NCBI RefSeq assembly: GCF_009914755.1
Contig: NC_060942.1
DNA length: 64,000 nt
Source of the DNA: the human T2T-CHM13v2.0 reference genome, Homo sapiens
Reading direction: 5' to 3' (one strand)
In this document: positions 48,131-64,000 of the stretch, piece by piece
How positions within the stretch are numbered: the stretch's first letter is position 1
How the letters are laid out: the number at the start of each line of letters is the position of its first letter
Translations under genes and position numbers: made by a program
Notes under the pieces: model-generated
Told to the model about the DNA's origin: nothing
What the model saw: the letters and a program-made list of their open reading frames with translations, nothing else
The model's database searches: none

Positions 48131-48807
48131 CAATGAAGGCTAATTCCTTTGTTTTATGGCATAAATCTGTGCATAGACTTGGGCATTTGTGTTTATTTCC
48201 TTTAAATTAATATAATCCTGCCTGTACCTCTATGGCAGGGCAGGCAGAAAATTCAGCCTCAGGCAGACAGAGCTCCCCCACGCCCATGTCTAAGAGGTGC
48301 TGCAAGAGGTCCCAGGTATTGGTCATCAGCTCCTACAGCTGCTCTGGAGTCCTCATTCAATATCTACTGTCCTCTCTCCCAGTCTTGGAAGATTGTCTTA
48401 GTCTGGGCAGGAAGAACCATCCCCTCCTCCCTCCCAACCCCTGCAGAACCTCCAGCAACATTCCCTAGAAGGGAGGGCAGCTACGAGGCAACTGGGAAGG
48501 CCAGGGTGGCTTTCTATCTTAATAAGAGCTCCCCCAAAGCCTGGCAACTGCTCCAACAGCTAGACTTGGGTGTAAGGGGACAACAGAGGGCTTCAATGTA
48601 TATTTCTCCTACTACTACTATTTTTTTACTCCAGCAGACTTTCCACTGCAACTGGGATTCTCTTGCATAGATGGAAGCCTCTGGAATAAGTAGGCCTATT
48701 TACAGGCAGATGAGAGCTTCAGGAAGCTACTATTTCCTACAGTCCTAAACGTTCATTCCGCTACTCAATTATTGTTATTTATCAAAGGCATCCAAACTTA
48801 CTAGGCA

Positions 48808-48982
48808 TTATGGTTCTTAGCCCTGGCTGCACCTCAGAATCCCACCAGGGAGCTTTAAAAAGTGCCCATGCCTGGGTCCCCATCCTCCAGACATTGACTC
48901 AGTTTGAAGTAGGGTCCAGTCACAGATGAATTTTTGCAAGTTCCCCAGGTAACTGATGTGCAGCCAGGGCTGGGAATCACTG
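48808..48982. mobile_element. MER5-like hAT MITE
   Basis: TGGTTCTTAGCCCTGGCTGCAC...AAGTTCCCCAGGT...GATGTGCAGCCAGGGCTGGGAATCACTG. A similar fragment lies at ~44030-44165. Confidence 0.72.
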
Positions 48983-50544
48983 GGTTAGGATTTGTGGATA
49001 TGGATGAAATGGGTGTATTATATATAGAGAGAGACCTTACACTGTCCTTTGGAGCCCACCAGCACCACCTCCCTAGCCTTATATAGTGTAGTTACTGTTC
49101 TTCCAAGAGATGGCAGGGCCTGATGGGAAATGTCTTGGGTTGAAAGTCAGTTTGGAGTCTTAATTATTTCATTTTTGGTGAACAGTCTGTGGCCTGATTT
49201 CCCTTTAGAAAATAAGAAGTTAGGAGGTGAAAAGACTTCTGCCCTGTATTCTTCAGGGGATTCTGGAATGTAGCTTTTTGGGGGAAAAGTTATATAAAAG
49301 ACGTTTTAATATCTCTAAAAAAAGTCAGTACCCTAATACAAACAGTATGTTTTAATACCTTTATCTCTCTTGAGAGCTTAAAACACTATCCCCTCTCAGC
49401 TCTGAGACCTTCAAAGGAAATAAATTGGTGGTGGTATTGCCAAGTTAGTAAGAGCAATTAAAATGTAACCTGGCACTAGTCACAAAATAAGTAAAATGTA
49501 GTAAGTTTATTATACACAAAATACATTCAATTACAAAATATACTAATGAGCAGTTTAAAACCAGGTTGATTTCAAACTAGAAATTCAAACTGAGTGAAAT
49601 ATATGAATGAGCTCATGCTGGCAAATACTTTGATACCTTTGGTCTCATAATTTTATCAGCTTGCATTGCTTCACTGCTTTTTACATTTTTAGTTGCATTC
49701 ATGGTCCTAATGAGGAGGGAAAATGTTCGTATTTGGGCTTAAGTAGGGGCTAGGAAAATGAGAACCATTTATTCCAACCTAAGATTTAATAATTAGATTA
49801 ATTTCTATACATTTCCATTAATTAAAAGGTAGTGTAATAGCACTTAGTAAGTGCTCAGTATTGCTCTGATAGCTTTACATGTATTCTAATCCTCAAAACT
49901 GATGAACCCAAAAGGAAAGTACTCCGATTAACCTCATTTTACACAACAGGAAACTGGAATACAGAATAATTAAGTAACTTTGCCAAGATCATACAAGCAA
50001 CAGAAAAGGCGGCAGAATTCAAACTGAGGCAGTCTGGCCACGGAGCCCATGCTCTTAACAATGACTTCACTATCCTGCTAGACCCTGCTCAAAAATCTTA
50101 ATTTCAATTCCGAGTGAGGTGGAACATCTGATTCAGCTTCCATTCCATTCTCCTTCCAGAAACATCATCCCAAACCACAGAACACTTGTCTTTCTTTGCA
50201 CTTCTCAGTATCAAAGGAGAATATCGTCCTTCATCTGGTGAGCACATTAGCTGATCCTGTTTACGTTTGCTTCTAAGAGTTGGAGGCGGTCCATGTATTA
50301 GACTAATCCAATCAACAAATATTAAGCACCTATAAAAACACTGAGGTAAAGGAGAGAAGAATCCAGTCTTTCCTTGCCCAGAGAAGGTTTACCACCTAGT
50401 GAGGGAGACAGATAAGCTGCCTCTGCTGGGCAGTGAGATAATTGCCACAATGGAGGGAAGCACATGCTGCTAAGATAGCTCCTGACAGAGGCAAGGACCC
50501 AGAGCTGGGGAGGGGCAGGACTGATGGGAAAGTGTTCCTGGAGA

Positions 50545-50962
50545 GGTGGCTCTTAACCTTGGCCATGTATTAGAAACATTTGGAGAGACTTTAAAAGATT
50601 GCCAACCCCAGACCACAAACCAGTCTAATTACATTAGAACCTCTCATGCCCTAAAACAGTGGTCCCTGAAGAGCAGCATTAGCATCCCCTGGGAACCTGT
50701 TAGAAATCCCATGCCAGGTTTACTAAACCAGCCCTCAAGGGGATTTCGATGCAAACTAAAGTCTGAGCAGTGGTTCTGAAGCTTAAACAGGCATCAGGAT
50801 CCTTTCAGGGTTGCTTAAAATACAGATCGCTGTATATAAAGCATACTGAGACCCAGACTGCTAGGTCACCCCCAGAGGTTCTAGTTCCATAGGTCTGGGG
50901 TGGGAACCAAAAATATGCATTTCTGACTGGTTGTCACGGTGCACAATTAATGAGAACCACTG
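50545..50962. mobile_element. Cluster of MER5-type hAT MITEs
   Basis: Three successive MER5-like starts (GGTGGCTCTTAACC, CAGTGGTCCC, CAGTGGTTCTG), ending GAGAACCACTG followed by TCCTAGAG. Confidence 0.7.
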
Positions 50963-51039
50963 TCCTAGAGGAAAGGATGGCCAAATTGGAATCAGAAAGG
51001 TAAGAGCTGGCAAGCTGAAGGATGTGGATAATGGGATGA

Positions 51040-51990
51040 AAACATATTCAACGACAATCAAGCACCAGCTACATGCCAGGTGCTGCTCTAGATGCTAAGA
51101 CTCCTGGAAGGAACACAGCAAAGTCCCTCTCTCAGGAGCTTACCTGTCCAGGAACACAGATAATAGACATTGTCTGAAAGTGACAAATTCAATGAAGAGC
51201 CTCCTACACTCCTTTTCCCCCCTCACACGTTTCCCCCCAGTGTGAGGGGGGAAAAAGGAGTATAGGAGGCTCTTTGGGTCAGAGTACTCAGGTAAGAGCT
51301 CTCTGTGAAGACAACTATGGCAGACTGATGCTTGTCCTACAATATCTTTTTTTCCCATCTTGTAAAGCAGGAGAATGTGAGCATGGCACATGGCAATCCA
51401 GAAAAAAGACTGCATTTCCCAGCCTCCCTTACAGCTGCTGAGACCACAGGGCTAAGTTCCTGCCAATGAGAGGTAGGCATCAATTTGCAACTTACAGGAA
51501 CCTTTCTGAGGAGGATTAGCCTTTGTCCCTCCTTTTCCTCCCTTCCTCCATCCTGCTGCTTGGTTTGTGAATGCTGCTACCTTAGACCATAAGGACAGAA
51601 AACATGTCCCGGGACTGGCAGAGCAGTAAGCCAAAAGGAACCAGGGTCCCGTAAGACGATGGAGCAGAGCCTTTTTACCAGCCCTGGATAGCAAAGTTCT
51701 AAACAAATATATGTCTAGATTATTTAAGCCACTGACAGCTTGGGTTGTCTTGGTATTTGTGACAGAAACTAATACTAGTTCAATGGCTTTTAAGTAGAGC
51801 CCTAAAAGAAATGAGGGAGCAAAGCATGTAGATATCTGGAAGAAAAAGCATTCTAAGAGGAAAAAAAAAACAAGGGTAAAAGCTCCTGATGTGGGGTCAT
51901 GCTCAGAGTATTTGAGGAACAGCAAGGAAGCTAGGGTGCCTGGAATAAAGGGAGAATGTTAAAAAATGAGGACAAGAAGTATTGATGGAG
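51040..51990 (-). mobile_element. L2 remnant interrupted by an MLT1 LTR (~51316-51775)
   Basis: CATGCCAGGTGCTGCTCTAG and GTATTTGAGGAACAGCAAGGAAGC (L2); CATTTCCCAGCCTCCCTT...TTTAAGCCACTG (MLT1). Confidence 0.6.
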
Positions 51991-52606
51991 GGTTCAGATG
52001 ATAATAGGGTTATTTTTAAAGTAAAAACTGGTTCATTCATATAAAATATGTACATAACCATGTATATTTTGAAGAATAAGGAAAACATCTTTGTAATCAC
52101 CACCAAGGTAAGGAAAATGTTGCCAGGACCTTGAAGTCTTTCTCTGTGGCTCATCCTCTTCCCTGCCCCAGAAACAACCACTATCTCCAATTTTTTTATA
52201 ATCAGCATGTAGCTTTATTTTATAGATGCAAAACCTACATATATTTCTCTTGATGAAACTGCTGGGTCTACTGGGTGTGCACATGTATAAATTTACTAGA
52301 TAATGCCAAACTTTTCCAAAATAGCTATGCTTATTCTACCATAGTGAATTAAAGTTCCCTTTGTCCTGCATTCTCAGTGCTTTTAGATTTTAATTAAAAG
52401 TGTGTAATGACTGAAATGTACACTTTAAAATGGTTGGTGGTAAATTTTATGTGTCATACAACTCAGACAAAAAAGTGTGGAATGGCATCTGTTTCTGTTT
52501 TTCCCTGTACTGAGATTAAATATTTTTTTACATTTACGAAGATTTTCAGATACCTCCTATGTGAATTGCCTGTTCAGTCTTTCACCCATTTAACATTTTG
52601 TAGTCT

Positions 52607-52880
52607 GGCTGGGTGCAGTGGCTCACTCCTGTAATCCCAGCACTTTGGGAGTCCGAGGCGGGCAGATTGCTTGAGCTCAGGAGTTTGAGGCTAGCCTGGG
52701 CAACATGGTGAAACCCTGTCTCTACCAAAAATACAAAAACTTAGCCGGGTGTGGTGGTGCGTGTCTGTGGTCTCTGCTACTTGGGGAGCTGAGGTGGGAG
52801 GCTGCAGTGAGCCGAGATTGCGACACTGCACTCCAGCCTGGGTGACAATGAGACTCCATCTCAAAAAAATATATATTAAA
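52607..52880 (+). mobile_element. AluJ-like element with a right-arm deletion
   Basis: GATTGCTTGAGCTCAGGAGTTTGAG; GGTGGGAG joins directly to GCTGCAGTGAG. Confidence 0.88.
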
Positions 52881-52953
52881 AAATTTTTATAGTCTGTCTC
52901 TTAATTCACAGGAAGATTTTGTATTTTCTGAATTCTAGTCCTTTGTATGATGA

Positions 52954-53295
<342 letters not shown>

Positions 53296-55204
53296 ACTCA
53301 AAGCAGGAGGCAGTCTACAGAGTAAAATCATAAAATAAATGCAGAAAAAGCATTTGATACAATTTAGCATCCATTTACCTAGGAATAGGAGCGAATTTTC
53401 TTACCTGATGAGGGTTATCTCTTAACTACATTAATCCATTAACAAAACATTGCATTCACTTTTATTTTTAATTATTTATTTAATTTTGGAGACAGGCCAT
53501 GACATCCAGCCTGCATTCAGTTTTTCTGATGTAAAACCATCATTAAATTCCTGGGATAAATCCAACAAATCAGTATTTTGTTATCCTTTTTAAAACTTCA
53601 TATTCAGTTTGCAAGTATTTCAAATTTTTATAACTGTAATTATCAGTGATACTAGCTTACATTTTTTCTTTTTCATACTATCCTCGTTGAGTTTGGTGTC
53701 TCAAACTCCTGAGTTCAAGCCATCCTTACCCTCACAAAGTGTTGGGATTACAGGCATGCGCCACCAAGCCCGGCCACGTATAACTTTAGGATGGTTTTAC
53801 CTAGTAATAATTCTGTGGCTGTTTTGTTTGATACTAATACAACTACATCAGAATTCTCTAGGTTACAATTTGCTCAGTGTAGCTTTTGCTATCTTTTAAA
53901 TTTCAACATTTATTATTCTTATGTTTTATGTCTTTTATAAATAGTATATTATTTAATATTTGATCATCTTTGTCTCATAACTGGAGCATTTAGTCTATTT
54001 TCACTTAGTGTAAAAGTGGTCAACATGCAAGGACAGATGAAAACTAGAAGAGTCAAAGGCAAAAGCTAGAAATCAAAACACCATCATACAAACGAAGAAT
54101 CCCATCAATGAGCTCATCAACAGACTGGACCCAGCTGAGGAAAGAGCTGATGGACTTGAACAAATGTCAGTAAAAACTGTCAAAACTGAAATGCGAAGAG
54201 GAAAAATGAAAAAATGCACAACAAAATATTCAAGAGCTATGGAACAGTTACAAAAAGTGTAATACACAAATGGGAATACTAGAGGGAGAAGAAAGGGAAC
54301 AGAAGAAATATGTGAAATAATAACAGAGAATTTCCCAACATTAGTGATAGACACACCACAGATCCGAGAAATTCTGAGAACACCAAAAAGGGTAAATACC
54401 AAAAAAGTCTACACTTAGGCATATGATATTCAAACTGCAAAAAATCAGACAAAGAGAAAATCTTCAAAGAATCCAGAAGAACAAAACACTCTACCTATAC
54501 AGGGGCATAAATAAAAATTACTTTGTACTTCTCTTCAGAAACCACGTAAGCAATAAAAAAGGACTAATATACTTAAACATCATACCGGAAATCTTAGCTA
54601 ATGCAGTAAGATAAGACAAGGTATGCAGACTGGGAAGAAAGAAATGAAACTTTCTTCACAGATGGCATGATTATTACGATTATAAAGAAAATCAAAAAGA
54701 ATTGATGGGGAAACTTCTGAAACTAATAAATGATTACAGCAAAGTTGGAGAATACAAAGCTGATATATAGAAGTCCACTGCTTTCTTATATATAAGAAAT
54801 GAACAGTTGGAATTTGAAATAAAAACACAGTATCATTTACATTGGCATCATTTACATTAGTATTTCATTACCAAATGCAATACTTAGGTATAAACCTAAC
54901 ACAATATATCTACATGAGGAAAGATCTACATGAGGAAAATTATAAGACCCTGATGAAAGAAATCAAAGGACTAAATAACTAGAAGAGATATTCCAATTCC
55001 ATGTCTATGAATAAGAAGACAATATCATCAAGATGTCAGTTTTTCCCAACTTGATCTATAGAATCAACACAGTTCCAGTCAAAATCTCAGCAAGCTATTT
55101 TGTGGATTCCTACAAATACAACAATGAAGAAGAACAATGTCTGAGGACTGACTCTACGTGACTTCATGACTAACCATAAAGCTATAGTAATCAAAACAGT
55201 GTAG

Positions 55205-55604
<400 letters not shown>

Positions 55605-56113
55605 CTGATTTTTGACTAAGGAACAAAGGCAATGGAAAAAAGATATCTTTTCACCAAATGGTGCTGGAACTGGTAAGCCACATGTAAAAAATAAGTCTAC
55701 AAACAGACTTCATCCTCTATACAAAAATTAACTCAAATTGGATCAAAGTCCTAAATGTAAGAGTTAAAATCTATAAAACTCTTGGAAGAAAAAATGAGGG
55801 TAAGTCTTCATGACCTCGAATTTGGTTGGCAGTGGATTTTTAGATAGAAAACCAAAAGCATGAACAACAAAGAAAAAGACAGATTGGAGACTTCATCAAA
55901 ATTTATGTGTGCTTCAAAGGATAGTATCAAGAAAGTGAAAAGGCAATCCACAAAATGGGAGAAAATGTTTGCAACTTTGTATTTCTTAATGAGGGCCTTT
56001 ATCTACAATATATGAAATACTCTTAAAACTAAATAATAAAGTCAGATAGCCCAATTAAAACATATGCAAAGGATCTGAATACATATTTCTCCAAAGAAAT
56101 ATACAAATCACCA

Positions 56114-56430
56114 GGCTGGGCACAGTGGCTCACACCTGTAATCCCAGCACTTTTGGAGGCTGAGATGGGCAGACCACTTGAGCCCAGGAGTTTGAGACCA
56201 TCCTGGGCAACTATCTGTACCAAAAAATTAAAAAAAAAAATTAGCTGGGCATGGTGGAAAAAAAAAAGCCAGGTGTGGTGGTGTGCACCTGTAGTTCCAT
56301 CTACTCAGGAGGCTGAGGTGGGAGGATCACTTGAACTCAGGAGGTGGAGGTTACAGTGATTGAGATCATGCAACTGCACCCCAGCCTGGGTGAAAGAGTG
56401 AGACGCTGTCTCTAAAAAAAGAAAGAAAAA
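56114..56430 (+). mobile_element. AluJ-like element with a duplicated linker/right-arm start
   Basis: TTAGCTGGGCATGGTGG-A10-GCCAGGTGTGGTGG; flanks ATACAAATCACCA and ATACAAATGACCA. Confidence 0.88.
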
Positions 56431-57214
56431 AAATACAAATGACCAATAAACACATGAAAAAAAATGTTCAACATCATTTGATAAATGATCATTAGAGAAA
56501 TACAAATCAAAACCATAATCAGATAATATTTCCAACCCACTAGGCTGGCTGTAATAAAAAATAGTAGTAACAAATGGTGAGAATTGAAGAAACTGGAACC
56601 ATCGCATATTGCAGGGGGTAATTTACAACGGTAAACAGCCACTTTGGAAAAGCCTGGCAGTTCCTCAAAATGTTAAACATGGAATTATATATGACCCATC
56701 AATTCTACTCCTACGTATATAACCTAGAGAAATGAAAACATATGGATACAAACACGTGTACATCAATGTTCACAGCAGCATCACTTATAATAGCCAAACT
56801 GTGGAAACAATCCAAAAGTCTACCAGCTAGTGAATGAATAAACAAAGCATGGTATATCCATACAATGTTGTTGTTATTCGGCCATAAAATGGAATAAAAT
56901 ACTGATACATCTACAGCATAGATGAACTTTGAAAACATTAGGCTAACTGAATAAAGCCAGTCACAAGACCACATACATGATTCCATATGAAGTGTTCAGA
57001 ACAAGCAAATACCTAGAAACAGAAAGTAGATTAGTGGTTGCCTAGTGTTGGGAAGTGTAGTGCAATGAATGGGGAGTGATTGCTAATGGGTATGTAGTTT
57101 CTTTTTAGGGTAAGAATAATGCACTAAAACTGATCGTGGTGATGATTACACAATGCTGTGAAAAATACTAAAAAAAGCAATAAACCATACACTTTAAATG
57201 GGTGAACTGTATAT

Positions 57215-57251
57215 GTGTTATGGAGTTGAAATGTGTCTCACCAATGGGGCA

Positions 57252-57290
<39 letters not shown>

Positions 57291-57757
57291 TATATATACA
57301 TATATACACACATATATACATATATATACACACATATATACATATATATACACATATATATACACATATATATATATATGTGTGTATGTTGGAATCCTGA
57401 CCCTTCATTCCTCAGAATGTGACTTTACTTGGCAATAAGGTCTTTACAGGGGTAATCTAATTAAATGAGGTCATTAAGGTGGATCCTAATCCAATATGAC
57501 TCTTGTCCTAACAAACAGGGGAAATCTGGACACAGAGACAAACATGCACAGAAGGAAGACTATATAAAGAGACACAAGGAGAAGACTGCCACCTACAAGC
57601 CAATGAGAAAAACCTGCAACACATTCTTCCCTAAGAGGCCTCAGAAGGAAACAACCCTGCTGACACCTTCGTTTCAGACTTGTAGCCTGCAGATCCTGAG
57701 ACAATACATTTCTGTTAAGACACCCTATTTGTGCAGCTTTGTAAAGGCAGCCCCAGC
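57215..57757 (+). mobile_element. MLT1 (A/B-like) solo LTR with an embedded microsatellite
   Basis: TGTTATGGAGTTGAAATGTGTCTC...CCTCAGAATGTGAC...TTGTAAAGGCAGCCCCAGCA. Confidence 0.82.
57252..57387 (+). repeat. Compound (TA)n/(CA)n/(TACA)n microsatellite
   Basis: Read directly. A second, degenerate purine-pyrimidine tract lies at ~57758-57955. Confidence 0.93.
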
Positions 57758-58871
57758 ATATATGTAAAGCTATATATGTAAAGCTTTACATGTGTGTATA
57801 TATATATATACACATACACAGCAACCTGCATACTGTGTATATATACACATATATACATGTATACATATGTACATATAGCTATACACATATGTACTTTACA
57901 TATATATGTATAAACACACAAAGGAACGTGAATATATACATATACACACACAAACTTATAAGAAAGTAACTTCAAATATAATGGCATAGTTAAGTTGTAA
58001 GTAAAAACTGTTCTAGACACTCGATTAGCAAAACAAAAAATCTTGGCCCTCACGGAACTTACATTCTAGTGGAATATTAATAGTTGAGCATATCAAGGAG
58101 TGTAGGTCAAGTGGCTGGGGGAAATGCCACTGACTGGCAAGATTACACCTACATTTCCAGGGCAGAGAGAAGAAAATGAGTTCCCAAAGACAGAAAAAGA
58201 CATGTTGGCACAATAGCCAAGAAATGGAAGAGACTGTGTCAACTGCAGATGTTGAAACTAGTAAAAATCAAGTCCAAGAGACTTGGCAATTAGGAGTACA
58301 TTTGACTTCAACAAAAATAATTCCAGGAGTGTGATGGCAGCTGAGATTCTAGCATGTAAACTACTTGCCAGCGACTTTAGGAGATTACCTGAGCCACTCT
58401 GTTGCGCCAATGTGACAAAACCCACCCTGAATAAATCCAACCTTTGACTGCTTCCACAACTATGGCTTCGACAATGGGCATTACTGAAGAAAGCACTGCC
58501 ATTTAGCTATCACTGTAAGTCTACGGTGTCCAACTCACCGCTAGTCCATTCTCTAATTCTCCAGGATTGCTATTTCAAACTAGCTGTTATACTCATACAT
58601 CATCCTTACCTCCTCCTTGCTTCTGGAACCAATAACATCAATCATATGGTTCTCAAAGACATGAAAGCCAAACCACTAAGTAACTCTTTTAACTCTCTGC
58701 TGTTCAAATGACACACATGCCTATGTCCACAACCATCCCTTCATCTGCCTTTGATCTGGATCCCAACTTCCTCCTCCTGTTCAGGAACCTTGGTGTACCA
58801 ATGATCTTAGTCAACCCCTCCTGAACCTCCCGCATTTTTACCTCTACTGATTCCATCTCACTATCCTATTA

Positions 58872-59286
<415 letters not shown>

Positions 59287-59425
59287 TTAAACAGTTGCCC
59301 ATACGTGCTACTGCATTTCTTTACTTTGGGGTCCTCTCCCACCACAAACTAGGTAGACCCTGATCACTCCACTGAAATTGTTCTTGATGAAATTACGATA
59401 CGGCCTGGTTAAGAAAGCCAAAGGG

Positions 59426-59780
<355 letters not shown>

Positions 59781-60759
59781 TTATAAGATTCATATTCCTC
59801 CCTCTCCTACATTTTAATAGGATACATATTGAAGTATTTTCATTGACCAATGAAAGCAATGGGTCATAGTTTAATTAGCAGGTTTAATTTTTCTTTAATG
59901 TCTTACAATCAGGTACTTAGATTCAATAAAATATGGTGGTATTTTAAATGAAAGTTTTTTAAAAAATGGATACTTACTTTTTTAGGTTGTATCAGCAGCT
60001 TTTAACTCCACTAACCACTTGCTTCTTGAAATACTCTATTTTTTGGCCTCTGTAATACCACGTTATTTTCCTTCAGTCTCAGCTGCTGCTTCTTGATTTC
60101 CTTGTGTTCCTTTTCCAGTCTTCTTTTCTCACTCATCAACTCCTCTGGATGAGTTCATCCACTTTCATAGTTTCAGTGCTACTACCCATCAATTGGTAGG
60201 ATATGTCTATAGCTTGTCAAATAGCAGGTGGGCATGTCTTTCAGACATCAGGTCAACTGATTTTTGTTCCAGTTCCAAAGTATTGAGTCTAATAATGATT
60301 TGGGTCAGGTGGCTAGCCATCACAGTGAGGATAAATTATGTTTACAATTATATTGTATCACTCTGTGTAGTGTACCTGACCCAGATAAGGTGGTCCTCAG
60401 TACATAACCTAGAGTAGATCATATGAAGAATTTCTCCAGCCTTTTATACACAGTAGGGTGGGTCTACAAGGAGTTGCTTACACTTCCAGGTTTAATACAC
60501 CTACTCCCATATTATCCCCACTGTGCACTGCTCTACCCACCCCTCATTAATGGCCCTTGCCCCTGTAAGTTTTGGAGTTCAGAAGGTGAGTATGCTGCCT
60601 TTCAACACCTCAGCATCCATCTCCCGTACCACCTACCCTAAACATGCACCTCCTTCTGTTTTCCTCTCTTGGTGAATGCTTACTGCTGAGGTATTATATA
60701 TTCCAAAGGTATTGAATTTCCAGTCAGCATAAGTCAAATGCAAATGGTTATCCACCATT

Positions 60760-63319
<2,560 letters not shown>

Positions 63320-63414
63320 TGATTTTTGGAACCTTGATTATAAGCTGCCTGATGTCTGGAACCAAAACTTCTGTAACACTCTATTCCACGTGTACTTACA
63401 AAACACTCTAAACA

Positions 63415-63420
63415 TTTATT
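63415..63420 (-). other. Candidate minus-strand polyadenylation signal, possibly in the distal 3' UTR of the neighbouring gene (PIAS2 by recalled synteny)
   Basis: TTTATT on plus is AATAAA on minus, followed on minus by GT-rich TGTTTAGAGTGTTTTGT. The gene identity is from memory, not from the sequence. Confidence 0.3.
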
Positions 63421-64000
63421 AAACAGTTTGATGAAGGCCAAAATAAGAGGCATATGCTATTCTACAACACGGTAACACTCTTCGTCACTTAAAATAATTA
63501 AGCTTTGAGAACACAAAATAAAGCTTTTTAAAAAAGCCATTCAGAAATAGGAAGCAGTTTGGGAAATGATTGTGCTACGCCAATCAAGAAAATGTTGTAC
63601 CTCAAACATCTGAAGGTAGCAATCTGTTTTTTTCTTTCCCTGCAGCTACCCTTATTGGAAACATAAGGGAATATAAAGTGAAAACAGGCTATAGCTTTTA
63701 GCCTTACCACTTTTCAGTTTGGGGATGGAATGCCTTTGGCTCAGTAGATTCTACTGGCTTTGGGGAGCTCAGAAAGGCCATAATGGGGCCTACAGGAAGA
63801 GGAAAAAGAGAGCTGACCTCTTAAGGGCAGGCCTTAGGTACAAGAGGCTTTTTTTAAAAAGTGACAAAACTTTTGAACTAAAGATGGAAAACGTAGTCTG
63901 ACAAAGAATATTTGTGCAACTTTACAGTGCCAGTAAAATCATGGGAAAAGCTTGGATAGCCATACGTAGGTGTTTCTGAAACATGTCAGATTTTATATAT

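Noticed and set aside
54830-54940. Short tandem duplications (ATCATTTACATT x2; ATCTACATGAGGAAA x2) as an array
   Set aside because: Two-copy slippage duplications in old L1 sequence, with no repeat-spacer periodicity.
57168-58053. Y/I/H/T/V-rich ORFs
   Set aside because: Translations of TA/CA microsatellites.

Overview
Human genomic DNA. The species call rests on AluYb8 and AluYa5 insertions, and the locus call on coding exon 1 of ST8SIA5 (alpha-2,8-sialyltransferase V, 18q21). The only host coding sequence I can support is that exon, on the minus strand (13016-13146) inside a CpG-island promoter (~12850-14500). Left of it is intron 1, with a long decayed L1PA element (1-4880). Right of it is ~50 kb of repeat-rich upstream DNA: about 20 Alus, old L1M/L2/MIR remnants, MaLR and ERV1 solo LTRs, hAT MITEs, and a two-LTR HERV-L (MLT2A1) provirus at 34169-39397 with an internal deletion. 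The right end may be distal PIAS2 3' UTR (recalled synteny, low confidence). I cannot demonstrate a new biological system. The best leads are an in-frame upstream ATG plus a same-phase splice donor that could give a transmembrane-less ST8SIA5 isoform, an in-frame uORF separated from the CDS by one TGA, a near-perfect 80-nt hairpin at 51195-51274, and two young, possibly polymorphic Alus. Repeat subfamily names and old-repeat boundaries were assigned by eye and are approximate.
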